A stretch of 64,000 nt of DNA, taken from Naegleria gruberi (taxonomy: Eukaryota). A model generated the notes under the pieces. The model searched no databases. It worked only from the letters and a program-made list of their open reading frames with translations, and was not told the origin of the DNA. Each line of letters opens with the position of its first letter. The first letter of the stretch is position 1. The DNA is taken from assembly GCA_000004985.1 (NCBI GenBank), contig GG738923.1. One strand, 5' to 3'. The translations under genes and the position numbers were made by a program. Shown here in pieces: positions 12,145 through 23,447 of the stretch.

Positions 12145-13305
12145 ATGATAAACTCACAAAATTCTCATCATCAACAACACAACAAGAATCTTCCTTCATC
12201 CTCTTCTTTAAAATTTCCAATTCAACTACCGAGTAGTTATACAACAGCACCCGAATGGGCTGTAGGATTAGAGGAAAAACCAAAATATTCCTATCATTTA
12301 CAAGTGATCAAGGAAGGCGAATTACAACCCGAAACAATCGACATTTCAAAACAAGGCTTTTATGTGTTTGGTAAACAAGAAGATTTAAGTCATATTGTCT
12401 GTGAGAATATTACAATATCTAGACAGCATTGTATTATTCAACATGCAAAGAACGGAAGAGTTTATTTATATGATTTAGCGAGTGCTAATGGAACATTTTG
12501 GAATAACAAAAAACATCAATGTAAAGCTCGGAAATATATTCCTCTGTGGCTTGGAAATTCATTCATGATAGCAATGAGTACACGATCATATGTATTAAGT
12601 GTTGGAGAGGAAGATGAGGAAGCAGTAAGAAAATTGGAAGATGAATTGAAGAGAAAGAAAACATCATTGGAATTGGAGGAAATTAAAAAGAAAAAAGCAG
12701 AAAAGAGAAAGAAAAGCTATGATAGTGATGGTGAAGAAATTGTGGAAGATAAAATACCAGAAGATTATGATGCCAATGAAGACAATAGAAATAAGAGACT
12801 GAGAATTGAAGATCAATTGACAAGTGAAATGTATGAATTTGATGATAGAGAATTTTATAATTCATCTAAAAAGACAGAAGATAATACCATTTCAATAATT
12901 GATACTAAACCTACTGATATGCAGGGATTATTGGATAAACAAGAACAAATCAAGCTTCAATTGGTTGGTTTAAGAAAAGAATTAGATAAGGAAATTGAAA
13001 TGTTAGAACAACAGAAGAATTCTTCAGTTGAAGATGAAGAGGAAGATGAACTAGAAAAATACATGGCTACTATCAAGACCAGTCTCATTACACAAAATAC
13101 TGAGAAGAAGAATAAGATTGAAGAAGAAATTAAGAAACTGGAGGATGAATTGGTTCAGGTTCAAGATCTCATTTCTAAAACAAAACCTGTGGCAGACAAG
13201 AAGCAAAATAAGAAACAAGCACAAGATGCTGAAATAATGAGAGATCGTCTCACTAGGGATATGTTTATTCAACAACAAAAACCTGCCATGAATAGTTCAG
13301 AGTAA
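12145..13305 (+). CDS. FHA-domain protein with a long Lys/Glu-rich coiled-coil tail
   Basis: FHA core GRxxxCDIxLxxxxVSRxH-like pattern (FYVFGKQEDLSHIVCENITISRQHCIIQHAKNGRVYLYDLASANGTFWNNKK). This is followed by charged heptad-like repeats. Confidence 0.55.
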   Translation: MINSQNSHHQQHNKNLPSSSSLKFPIQLPSSYTTAPEWAVGLEEKPKYSYHLQVIKEGELQPETIDISKQGFYVFGKQEDLSHIVCENITISRQHCIIQHAKNGRVYLYDLASANGTFWNNKKHQCKARKYIPLWLGNSFMIAMSTRSYVLSVGEEDEEAVRKLEDELKRKKTSLELEEIKKKKAEKRKKSYDSDGEEIVEDKIPEDYDANEDNRNKRLRIEDQLTSEMYEFDDREFYNSSKKTEDNTISIIDTKPTDMQGLLDKQEQIKLQLVGLRKELDKEIEMLEQQKNSSVEDEEEDELEKYMATIKTSLITQNTEKKNKIEEEIKKLEDELVQVQDLISKTKPVADKKQNKKQAQDAEIMRDRLTRDMFIQQQKPAMNSSE

Positions 13306-13435
13306 TACATGATAATTCTTTTTTGACAATGTGGTTGAAGATTTTACATTAAATTCCTCATCATTCCATTTGATAGAAACCAAATAGCTTTTCAGATTTG
13401 AAGAATAGTCATGACCTTCTCTTATCACACAAAAA

Positions 13436-14500
13436 ATGCAACAACGCATATCAGGAGATCTCATCACAGTTATCATTCAATTTCTTCCGATAGATGATCG
13501 TTTTAGATTTTGTAGAATTAACACAACATGGTTTGGAGCTATTCAAAGTTTACAAAATATGTGGAAAGATGTTTTAATTAATTTCTTACATATTGATCGA
13601 ATTTATTGTGGAGGATTGAATGAATGCATGGAGGAATATAAAAAATCTTCAGTTGAGTGTTGTGAAGAAGATTGGATGAAACTGGCTCAGCACGAATTTT
13701 CTAGACTTCCTAGGAAGATTCAAAGTGGATCCAAAACTCTTGACTCATCCCACTATGGAAATGTTAATCTGGTCAGGAATTGGACGTCACCATTTTCTCT
13801 AGATACTGGAAACAAATTTGTAATTAATTTTCCTGAATCTATTTCATATTATGAATTTTCTTACGATTTGAGGAAGGAAACAGGAAAGTCCAATAAGAAA
13901 TTAACCAATATATATACAACTTGTTTAGTGTATGAATTGTTAACATTGGGTGATTATGTTCCAAATATTGCTCAAGATTTAGTCAAGGTCTTTCCGTGGA
14001 TGAGCAATGTTAGTTTGCATAATTTTGTTAGGCCTATTTCGTTTGCTTCTGTATTATTGTGCACTTTACAAAATGATAACAGAGATAAATTTCAAACATT
14101 AGTTGAAAAAGAGGTGATGGATACCATACTTCCCAATGATATTATTTATGAAAGAGGACGTAATACAATTATTCGCTCATCAGATATTACTCCTGGTTTG
14201 GTATTGGATAGCTTAAAAACTCAGGGATTATCAAGCATTGAATTTGGTCCAAATATTGATATACCAAGTTGTGAGTGGCTACCACTCTTCAAAACTTTTA
14301 CAAATGGATTGGAAATTGAAAAAAATCATAAAGCAAGATTGAACCTTGCTTCAACATTCCTATTTTCATTGTACTATCAAGATGAAAACTCAATTCTCTC
14401 AGGACGCCAAAGCTGTGATGAGCTTACAGTGTTTTTTAACATTGAACCAAATGGAAGAGTTGTAAAACTTGTGAGAAGTGAATCTAGGGAATATTATTAA
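13436..14500 (+). CDS. Hypothetical protein, possible F-box-like N-terminus
   Basis: 354-aa ORF. The N-terminal LITVIIQFLPIDDRFRFCRINTTWFGAIQ is F-box-like. The rest is not recognised. Confidence 0.35.
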   Translation: MQQRISGDLITVIIQFLPIDDRFRFCRINTTWFGAIQSLQNMWKDVLINFLHIDRIYCGGLNECMEEYKKSSVECCEEDWMKLAQHEFSRLPRKIQSGSKTLDSSHYGNVNLVRNWTSPFSLDTGNKFVINFPESISYYEFSYDLRKETGKSNKKLTNIYTTCLVYELLTLGDYVPNIAQDLVKVFPWMSNVSLHNFVRPISFASVLLCTLQNDNRDKFQTLVEKEVMDTILPNDIIYERGRNTIIRSSDITPGLVLDSLKTQGLSSIEFGPNIDIPSCEWLPLFKTFTNGLEIEKNHKARLNLASTFLFSLYYQDENSILSGRQSCDELTVFFNIEPNGRVVKLVRSESREYY

Positions 14501-14530
14501 ATATTTCTCTCAAATGAAATTGAAAGGTTT

Positions 14531-16039
14531 TTATTCGTAGACCCAAGTAACAAATTTAGTAGAGGCTTTGACATTGAAATTGAAACTCCATCCTGAAGGG
14601 ATGTAAATACAATCATTTGTTTTGATTTCAGTTTCTGTATCTTCTCCAGATGGTGAACTTAATTGAACCAATTGAGAATATTGTGATGTATCTGCTATCA
14701 TACAGACAGTAAACTTGTTAGAATTTTCTTTTCTTCCAACTCTTATCAATTGATCCTTCTTTGGATTAGCAAACCAAATTTCTGAGTTGACTGTCTTTAA
14801 AGTTGAAAATTGGTCCAAGCTTATTGGGAAATCATATTCGAATTCGTGTTCCTTCAGGTTTGGAGTAAAAGGAACTCTATAAACTGAGGAAGGTAATTTG
14901 TCCATGTTAACCAATGTAATTGATACTCCTTTCCTTTTGATATATTTTGAAAGTTGTTTCTTCATCTTGTTGAGTTTCCTAATGAATTCCTTATTGGAGG
15001 TAAATTCCTTCTTCCATGTTGAGGAGGAAATCCACTTGTTACTATACTTCTTCAAAACAATTGGTTTTGATTGACTCAGATAGTTTTCAAAGTTTTCCCT
15101 ATATTTCTCAGGAGAAAGTGTTAAAACCAACTCAGCTGGTGGTACAACTGTTTGTGAAGCAGTAGAATCACCACCTTGGGAACGAGAAAAGACGCTCGTA
15201 ATCCTTTCCCATAAAGAAGGACCTGAAGATGGTGCCTCCTGTTTTTGTACTTCTGGTGACGCTATCTTTCCTTCTTGTGGTGTTCCTTCGTTTCTAATAA
15301 TTGGGGGCACATTAACTGATGACGAATTGAACATTGGAACAACAAACATGACCAACAATGCAATCAGTGATAAAACCAACAAGATAATCAAAGAATACTT
15401 AATGATTGGTGAACTTGTCCATACTCGTATGTGATTAATAAATCTTCTAATTAGTCTTCCCAATTTTGAGTTAGCAAATTTGGTTTTTCCTTCCATAGCT
15501 GGTTTAGCTATTGGTGAATCATCAACATTGTCTTTTCTATTAATCACACCACTGGAACTAGCAGTTGAATTCGATTGACCAAACAAATCCAAATTTCTGT
15601 TTAAATCTATTTTAGGTAATGTTTTTTCCAAATCACGATGATTATCAACTACTTCAAACCCATTATTCTCATCAAAAACATTACTATTTGATGTTGTTGA
15701 ATTTGTATGACTTGTTGTATCATTATTTGATGCAATATTTGATGTAGCAAGTGATGAAGTTGTTGCCTTTGATTTAACTAATTGAAAGACACTTGATTTA
15801 CCACTAGTTGTCGATGTATTATTGTTCCTTCGAGTTCTAACAGTTGCATTGGCTGATGTTGGGCTGAGTAATGAAGCATCCAATGATGATGCATTCTTCT
15901 TTGTTGTAACAGATTCGGAAACATTTGATGCTTCATTATTTGATGATGAAGAAGAAGGAGAAGATGATGTGGTTACAGTACCATTTGTTGTTGTTTGTTT
16001 TGGCTCTTCCATGTCTAATTCGAAACTCTGGGCAGCCAT
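14531..16039 (-). CDS. Single-pass membrane protein with S/T-rich N-terminal region; unknown function
   Basis: 502-aa ORF with one strong transmembrane segment (IIKYSLIILLVLSLIALLVMFVVPMF). The N-terminus is S/T/N-rich. The C-terminal ~200 aa ends with an IYIPSGWSFNF motif resembling a cupin/JmjC strand but without the metal-binding His. Confidence 0.4.
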   Translation of the reverse strand: MAAQSFELDMEEPKQTTTNGTVTTSSSPSSSSSNNEASNVSESVTTKKNASSLDASLLSPTSANATVRTRRNNNTSTTSGKSSVFQLVKSKATTSSLATSNIASNNDTTSHTNSTTSNSNVFDENNGFEVVDNHRDLEKTLPKIDLNRNLDLFGQSNSTASSSGVINRKDNVDDSPIAKPAMEGKTKFANSKLGRLIRRFINHIRVWTSSPIIKYSLIILLVLSLIALLVMFVVPMFNSSSVNVPPIIRNEGTPQEGKIASPEVQKQEAPSSGPSLWERITSVFSRSQGGDSTASQTVVPPAELVLTLSPEKYRENFENYLSQSKPIVLKKYSNKWISSSTWKKEFTSNKEFIRKLNKMKKQLSKYIKRKGVSITLVNMDKLPSSVYRVPFTPNLKEHEFEYDFPISLDQFSTLKTVNSEIWFANPKKDQLIRVGRKENSNKFTVCMIADTSQYSQLVQLSSPSGEDTETEIKTNDCIYIPSGWSFNFNVKASTKFVTWVYE

Positions 16040-16749
16040 ATTATTAATTCAAAGATTTTAAAAATCCACAATGATGAAAGGCAACCAATTATTCGCTTCT
16101 GCAATATCTATTATTGTGTGTTCTTTTTTTTACGAAGGTAATGCAGCACGAATCAATCGAAAATATTCGAAACAACAAAATGCTGAGGTGGAATGTTACG
16201 TAGTTTCGTCCCTTTTCACAATCAAATGAGCGGTCTTTTCAAAAGGACAATTGAGTCACTGAATACTTGTCGTCCAATCCAAAAAACTTCTAATGGATAG
16301 TAAAATGATGTTAACTTTCAAAATTTCTGAATTATTGTTTAAAGAGTTCCAATGAATGGGTTGTTGTCGTGTTGCATACAAAGTTTCAATTTGAAAAAAG
16401 CCTCTTCAACAATGCAGCACTTCAAATCGATCTATTTTTTTTTGATTGTATGAAAGCGCGCCTTTCCCAATCATCAAAGCTTCCCGATTAGGTTTGTTGT
16501 AAGGAGAGAGCGAATTAGAGTTCATCTGTGTGTAATAGAGTACTTTTCGAAACAATATTATCATCATCATAATGATAATGATAATAATTGGTGTGGTGTT
16601 AGAGAGTACTTTTTAGTTACTTGAAATTTATTGTTCATCCTAATATCTGTAGATTGAGAATCTTTGCTCTTTCGATTGGTTGTGTGAGATTTCGAATAGT
16701 TTGGAGGGAAAATTGGGGTTACGATAGGAAGTTTAATGAGGGGAAATTC

Positions 16750-18388
16750 TCATCTCTTTAAGCATACTGTAATTTTCTGTTTGATAATATTAAAAAAGAG
16801 TGTGAAAAGTAAAATGGCAGATAATGCAATCATTATAAATCCAAATGATTTGAATTGGTAAATTGCATTCAGAGCTAAAACTTCTTTTCCAACTAGAAAT
16901 TGGACGAATACTTGGAATAAATTAGCCAATGCAGAGTTGAATGAAAAGATGGCTGCAAATCTGGTCAATTTGAGACCTTTTGCAATTTGTGAAAATGCCA
17001 AAACGTATAAAAATTCAAATAAGCAATGATAAATGACAAATAACAAGTAGGCAAGAAATATTGGGCATTTCCCATTCCAACTCATTACTAATAGACAAAA
17101 TCCACAAATAAAGCATAAACTAATTGCCATTAGTTTGCCTTTCCATGATTTGATCCATTTTCCTAATCTGGATGGAATCATTGTAATGAGACTTGCACAT
17201 GCATAGGCAACTGCTGTAAGAACACCATTGAAAGTCATGTCCTTGTTGAGTGTTTTGAAGAATGCTTGATAATAGGAGAGTGCTAACATGTGAACTGCTA
17301 TTCCAATAATACAGTAAATACTCCAAAATACAACTGAATAATCATCCGTATAGCATTTCTTAACTTCCATTACAAAATTGAAAGCTCTTTTGAAGAGATT
17401 AATGAAAAATTCTTTGATTTTCAATCCAATTGAATGACATTTTGAATGTTCATGTTCAGATTCTAACCCCAACTCATCCACAATTGAAATTAATTCATCC
17501 TCAGGTGTTCTACTTTCGTCAGAGTGGAATTTTGATTCTTTTGGTTGTTCTGACATGGATCTGACATAATTCTTTGGTGATGGAAAGTGAAATACTGAAG
17601 TGTACAAACATGGAATTGTACATGCAAACCCAATGTAATATAAAACATGAATTGGGACACCTAGATAGAACAGAGTTTGACCAACGATAGCTCCCAATAC
17701 TTGACCCAATAGGATACATGTTCTTGACATACTTGTCTATTTAATATTATATTATACTCAATATTGAAATAATTTCCAGAAAACTTACTAAGAATTGATA
17801 AGAAGATGGCTCACTTGAGTGATAAATCAATGCCAAATAAGTTTGATCAGTAGAGTATAATACAGCAAGTACAATCTCTGAAACCTGTAACATCCAAACT
17901 AAATCTATGCTACTGAAATATTCAATAAACATTGTTGAAATTAAACACAAAATTCCAAATGTTAAAATCCACTTGTGGCCCAACCATTTCTGTTCAGACA
18001 TGATACCAACAAGTAATTGCACAACTGGCATTGAATAAGTCCATATTGGAAAAATGTCAAAGAGTACTGCTTTTAAAGTAATCCCTTTGGAAAGTAAAAA
18101 TTCAACAAGGAATGGTTGTTGTGGATGTACGGTTCGGAAGAATGAATAGATGGCAAATGGTAAAATAATTCGAAGAGAGAGTGATGATGGTAATTTCTTT
18201 GTCTTTTTCTTGAGAGATGAAGATGTATAGAGTGGTGAATTCAAGAGGAGAAGATCTTCTTCGGAATTGTTATTAACTGAAGTCATGTCATGAGAGAATG
18301 AAGAAGAATAGGTGTGTAATTTGAATGATGATAATTTTTTCAGATTTTTCAAGTTGCTGACGTTAGTGTTAAACATTGATTCGACCAT
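16750..18388 (-). CDS. SLC19-family (reduced folate carrier/thiamine transporter-like) MFS transporter; 2 exons, 17789..18388 and 16750..17736
   Basis: Matches the conserved SLC19 N-terminal core: ...FFRTVHPQQPFLVEFLL...IFPIWTYSMPVVQLLVG.... Splicing gives ...SSYQFL|TSMSRTCILLGQVLGAIVGQ..., matching '...[24 protein letters not shown]'. There are 10 or more predicted transmembrane segments. The first true ATG (MVESMFNT) is at 18388; the ORF-track start is a GTG. Confidence 0.65.
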
Positions 18389-18455
18389 TCCAAAAAGAAA
18401 CTGTGAAAATATTTGACACACCTAATTACAATATAAATTACAATGGTTTTTTAAT

Positions 18456-19845
18456 TTAAGCATAATAATTCAAAGCAACCTTCTTCTTGGCTTGGACAGC
18501 AGCAACACCTTCCATAAAATCTTCATGCATAACTTGGGTGGCATCTCTCCTCAAAGCAATCATACCAGCTTCAACACAAACGGCCTTCATTTGAGCACCA
18601 TTAAAGTCTTCACAACAACGAGAAATTTCTTCCCAGTTAACATCTTCATGAACTGTCATTCTCTTTGAGTGAATCTTCAAAATTTGTACACGTCCCTTTT
18701 CGTCAGGAAGAGGGAATTCAATCTTACGATCGATACGACCTGATCTCAATAAAGCAGGATCCAAAATATCGATACGGTTAGTAGCAGCAATAACCTTAAC
18801 TCGAGTATCTTGTGAGAAACCATCCATTTGATTCAACAATTCAAGCATAGTTCTTTGTACTTCTCTGTCACCTGACTTGTCAGAACCGAATCTCTTTGTA
18901 CCAATAGCATCCAATTCGTCAATAAAGATAATAGCTGGAGCTTTTTCTCTAGCCAATGCAAAAGCATCACGAACCAATTTAGCACCATCTCCGATAAACA
19001 TTTGGACCAATTGAGGACCAGCCAATTTCAAGAATGTAGCTTTAGTTTGAGCAGCACAAGCACGAGCCAAGAGAGTTTTACCTGTACCTGGTGGACCATA
19101 GAGCAACACTACAAAGTTTTTAACAACAATGATTACTTAATCAAAATTACTTACCTCCTTTTGGTGGTGAAATACCAATTTTTGTGAATCTATCAGCTTG
19201 ATTCATAGGTAATACAATAGCTTCATACATTTCCTTGATTTGGGCAGCACATCCACCAATATCACTATAATCTTCCTTTGGCTTTTCATCAACTTCCATA
19301 GCCTTGACACGAGAGTCATATTCAGAAGGAAGTTTTTCCAATACTAAGAAACTATCCTTGTTGACACCAACTAATTCACCTGGTTTAAGATCTTCGGAAT
19401 CAACCAATCCTATAACTGGCAAATAAATAGTTTGTCTTGTACTAGTTTTTATGACTGCTGATTTACCCTTTCTTTCTTCATCAAGATCAACACTCGATCC
19501 GTCTTGTATAATTTCTTCATTTTCATCAGTTTCCAAAATCTAGAAAACAAATCAATAACAATATTAATTAATCCGGATTCTTGTTAATCCACTTACCTCT
19601 ACCACAGTAGCGACGAGATATGGTAATTGTTTGTTAAGTTTAATCTTTTCTACATTTTCCTTTATCTTTTCTTTCATTGTATTTTCCTCATATTGAATAC
19701 GCTTTTTCTCATTCCTAAAAACGTGGATTTCATTATCGATCAGTCTTGATCTGTGTTCAATTTCATCGGTGCTAGCACAAGCAATGTCTTCTCCAAAAGT
19801 TTCTAAAACTTCGTCCTTGGTCCACTTCTTTTGTGATGATTGCAT
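18456..19845 (-). CDS. RPT5: 26S proteasome regulatory ATPase subunit Rpt5 (PSMC3 / 6A); 3 exons, 19597..19845, 19155..19539, 18456..19108
   Basis: Near-identical to PSMC3 across the AAA domain ([49 protein letters not shown]...[12 protein letters not shown]...[14 protein letters not shown]...[15 protein letters not shown]...VQAKKK..NYYA*). The N-terminal exons carry ...[25 protein letters not shown].... Introns have GTAAGT donors and TAG acceptors. Confidence 0.9.
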
Positions 19846-20168
19846 TTTTTATCTTTTGTTTGATGTATTTCTTTGTATGCTGGTAAGAGTTTAAAAATAA
19901 CTACTTGTTCCTGTGCAGAAAAAATTCCATCCATCTAAAAATAAAAATCAAATATTAAGAAGAGATTAATGGAAGAACATCCAAAGTGTTATTAATGTAG
20001 TAAGGTGAAAGATTGGAGGATTTTGAAGAATAAAATCTAATACAATGAGGAATGATGAAAACAAGCAAAAGAATCATAAATATGTTGTAAGCACATTGAT
20101 CAAGTAACACGTTTTGAAAAGACTGAATCTATATTTATTAAACGTGATGAAGAATAATAATCAAAAAA

Positions 20169-21335
20169 ATGATTAATAACCAACAACAAATCAAACACGA
20201 AGAATTGCAACAAGCTATGAAGAATTTAGATTCAGTTATTCAGTCATGGAATTATGACATGACAAAACGAGAGAAGGAATTCCAAGAATTAAAAGAAGTG
20301 TCAACAAAATACCAGTTCGGAGAAGGTGAAATAATCAAATTAAATATTGGAGGAAAGAAATTTAATGTGATGAAGGAAACACTCAGCCAGAAAATAATCA
20401 GAATAGATTATGACAGTGAGGAGGATGGTGAGGATGAAGAAAAAAAGTATTATCCTCCACATTTATTTTCTGCACTTGTTTCTGGCATGCACAATCTCAC
20501 AAAAGACGAATCAGATTACATATTTATTGATAGGTAAGTTTACATTGGAATATAGTGTCTAATTTTAAATAGGGATGGAAGATTCTTTCCTTATGTATTG
20601 AATTATTTGAGATCTGGAGGGTTTTTGAATTGTTTTGTTTTACCATCTGACAAACACATTTTGGAATGCCTTTATGTGGAGGCTAGATACTACAACATGC
20701 AGGGATTAGTGGAGTTGATTGAGCGTACAGTTACTGGAATTGCTAAATTGTACCCAGAAAGTCCTCAATTATCCAGAAAGAAATTTGAAAGCAAAATACT
20801 GTCTGATACTCAATCTAAGAGATTATATACCGAGATTTTGGAAGGTATTGAAAAGGGAATTCCACGACTTTTATTCAGAGCATCTGAAAATGGATTTACA
20901 GGATCTGATTTCCATTCCAAATGTGATGCTAAAGGAAGAACTGTAACCATTATCAAATCAACAAATGGTGCAATATTTGGAGGTTATGCAGCAACAAGTT
21001 GGACCAGTAACTCTTCTTATTGTTTTGATAGTAATTGTTTTCTGTTTAGTATTATTTCTGGAAGTGGTGAGGAAAGATTTACAAAAATGAAAAACGATGG
21101 AATTCACCATTCAAACACTTATTCTATTTATTGTAACCCTAACCAAGGTCCTTCATTTGGAGGAGGACACGACATTTGTATCTCAAACAATCCAAAAGCA
21201 CAAGAAAATTACAGCAATCTTGGTCATTCCTTTTCTCTTACAGGCCAAACTTATGGAACAGCAACAATTAAGAGCTATCTTGCTGGTGCTTACAATTTCA
21301 GTGTTGAGGATTATGAAGTGTTTGCTCTTCAATAA
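20169..21335 (+). CDS. BTB/POZ (K-tetra, KCTD-type) plus TLDc-domain protein; 2 exons, 20169..20533 and 20573..21335
   Basis: IIKLNIGGKKFNV...YIFIDR|DGRFFPYVLNYLRSGG is the KCTD BTB signature, spanning a 39-nt intron. The C-terminus has TLDc-like ...GFTGSDFHSKCD...GAIFGGYAATSW...FGGGHDICIS.... Confidence 0.65.
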
Positions 21336-21632
21336 ATTGGAGGGAATTAATTATAAATATAAACAAGAAAATATTGTAAAAAGGGCGAAAATACTTTACA
21401 AAAAAATTATACAAAAATCATCTAATGCAGTACCTTATCTTTTGCTCATAAATAGAACTCTTTTACCTCAATATTTATTGATTGACATTAATAATTCAAT
21501 TTTTGTAGAAGGAGCGAATTCGCACAGTGTGCCATTCGAATCTCTATCGAACATTACAAAAATAGGTTCTGCGGGGTAATGGAAAACTGTTAAAAACAGC
21601 AAGTCCCCTTTATCAATTGCCAAATCAACAAG

Positions 21633-23231
21633 ATGAAAAAAACCACACAACAACAACAAATTATCAAGCAACTCATTACCAAGCTGATCCTCACAGAGAA
21701 GGCTTCAAGAAGAGGATTTTCCAAGAGTATCATTCCATTGCTGAACAATCAAACACAGAATAATTTTGAAGATAAGACAGAGTTTCAATATGCCTATAGA
21801 CAATGCGATAAGGAAAGAGAATTGGCACCTTTTTGCAATATGACAAGTAAGACTCTTAGCAAAATGACTTTCAACCATGGAAATTACTTTAAAGCCACCA
21901 TTCCGAATCAATTATACTCTCAAGTTGAAATAAATCCAATTCAACATCAACAACACGAATTGAGATTCTCTGTTCAATATAATGAAGCAATTATGGAGAG
22001 AAGAGTTAGGGAAGAGAGTATAGATGCAAATATTGACTTGTCTATTGTGTATAATTATTCGAAAATGACTCCAGCATCGTTATCTGTTTCTACTTTGGTG
22101 GAGTTTGTTGAAAACACATCAATTAATAGTTTAGTTTTGTCTTCAGGTTGGTTGATTGAAGAACTTCGTATTAGGTTGGCACAACAGGTGCAACTCCTTG
22201 ATGAAATGCCTCATGGTCTCAATCTTATGCCTTCCATACGGTAAGTATATTTTCCATTTATAGCAAGATACCAAGAAATAATAATATTTATAACACTGTA
22301 ATGTATCCATTTAATAATATTTCCCTAAATAGTATCGTCAGAGATTGGTACTTGACCAGTTTTAAACAATTGTATCAAATCAAAAGCAAGCCACGAAATA
22401 GAAGTGAAGAAATTGAATTTACCAATGTGATTAGAACCATCTACGATCGACACAATCCAACAATGGTTAGTGTTGCAGGTGGTGTTGCTGAATTGAAAGA
22501 AGAATTGAAAAAGACCATGTTAGAATATATTGATTATACCAATTATTCATCATTGAAGGATCATTTAGATTCATTCTATATCAATAGAATTGGTATTAGA
22601 ACTGTAAGTTATTTTCTATTTCTTTTTGAATAATTAACATTTCGAATAGTTATTGGAACATCATTTGTCTCTTCATGATCAAGTTGAAAATCCAAATTGT
22701 AATCTTTCAAAACTGATTTGTAAAAATACTAATCCAATTCTGGTGGCAAATAGAGCAATTAAAGATGCTCAAGATTGGTGTCTTGCTCATTATGGAAAGT
22801 TTCCACAAGTAATTGTCTCAACAAGTGGAAATCAAGATGATTTATTATTCCCATACGTGCCGAACCATTTACAATTCCAACTTATTGAATTGTTAATTAA
22901 TTCCATGAGAGCAGTTGTTGAAAATCACACAGATTCCCTTCCACCTGTTGGAATCTTAATGAGCAGTTCTCAAGATGAAGTCACCATTAGAATTAGTGAT
23001 GAAGGAAAGGGAATTCCAAGAAAGGATATGCCTCAATTGTTCTCCTACTTGTATTCTACTGCTAGTGTTAGAAAGGAGATAGTCAATCAAGATGGTAAAC
23101 AGGGATCTGTTGCAGGTTTTGGATTTGGCTTACCTCTCGTCAAACTCTACTCCAAATATTGGGGTGGTGAATTTAAACTCAATTCAGTTTCAGGTTATGG
23201 AACTGATGCTTACTTGTACTTTACAAAGTAA
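21633..23231 (+). CDS. Mitochondrial pyruvate dehydrogenase kinase / branched-chain ketoacid dehydrogenase kinase family protein kinase; 3 exons, 21633..22240, 22333..22603, 22650..23231
   Basis: BCDHK/PDK N-terminal four-helix domain (...ELRIRLAQQVQLLDEMP...), then ...YINRIGIRT|LLEHHLSLH.... The GHKL ATPase boxes follow: ELLINSMRAVVE... (N-box), ISDEGKGIP (G1), and GFGFGLPLVKLYSKYWGGEFKLNSVSGYGTDAYL (G2). Confidence 0.75.
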
Positions 23232-23447
23232 TATTATAATATTTGTAACATTAGAATGTAAATAAAATCCATCATGTAAATTATCTGGTAATTAGCTCTT
23301 TGAACTCTTTCTAAAAATTTTACACAAATTGACTCCATCACAATTTTTCACAGAGTTGAAAGAACAACAACAAATGGAGTTTTCAATCCTTCCTTTGTAA
23401 CACAAATTTCTCCAAATATAATCTTTTCAATAAATTCCAATAGTTTA

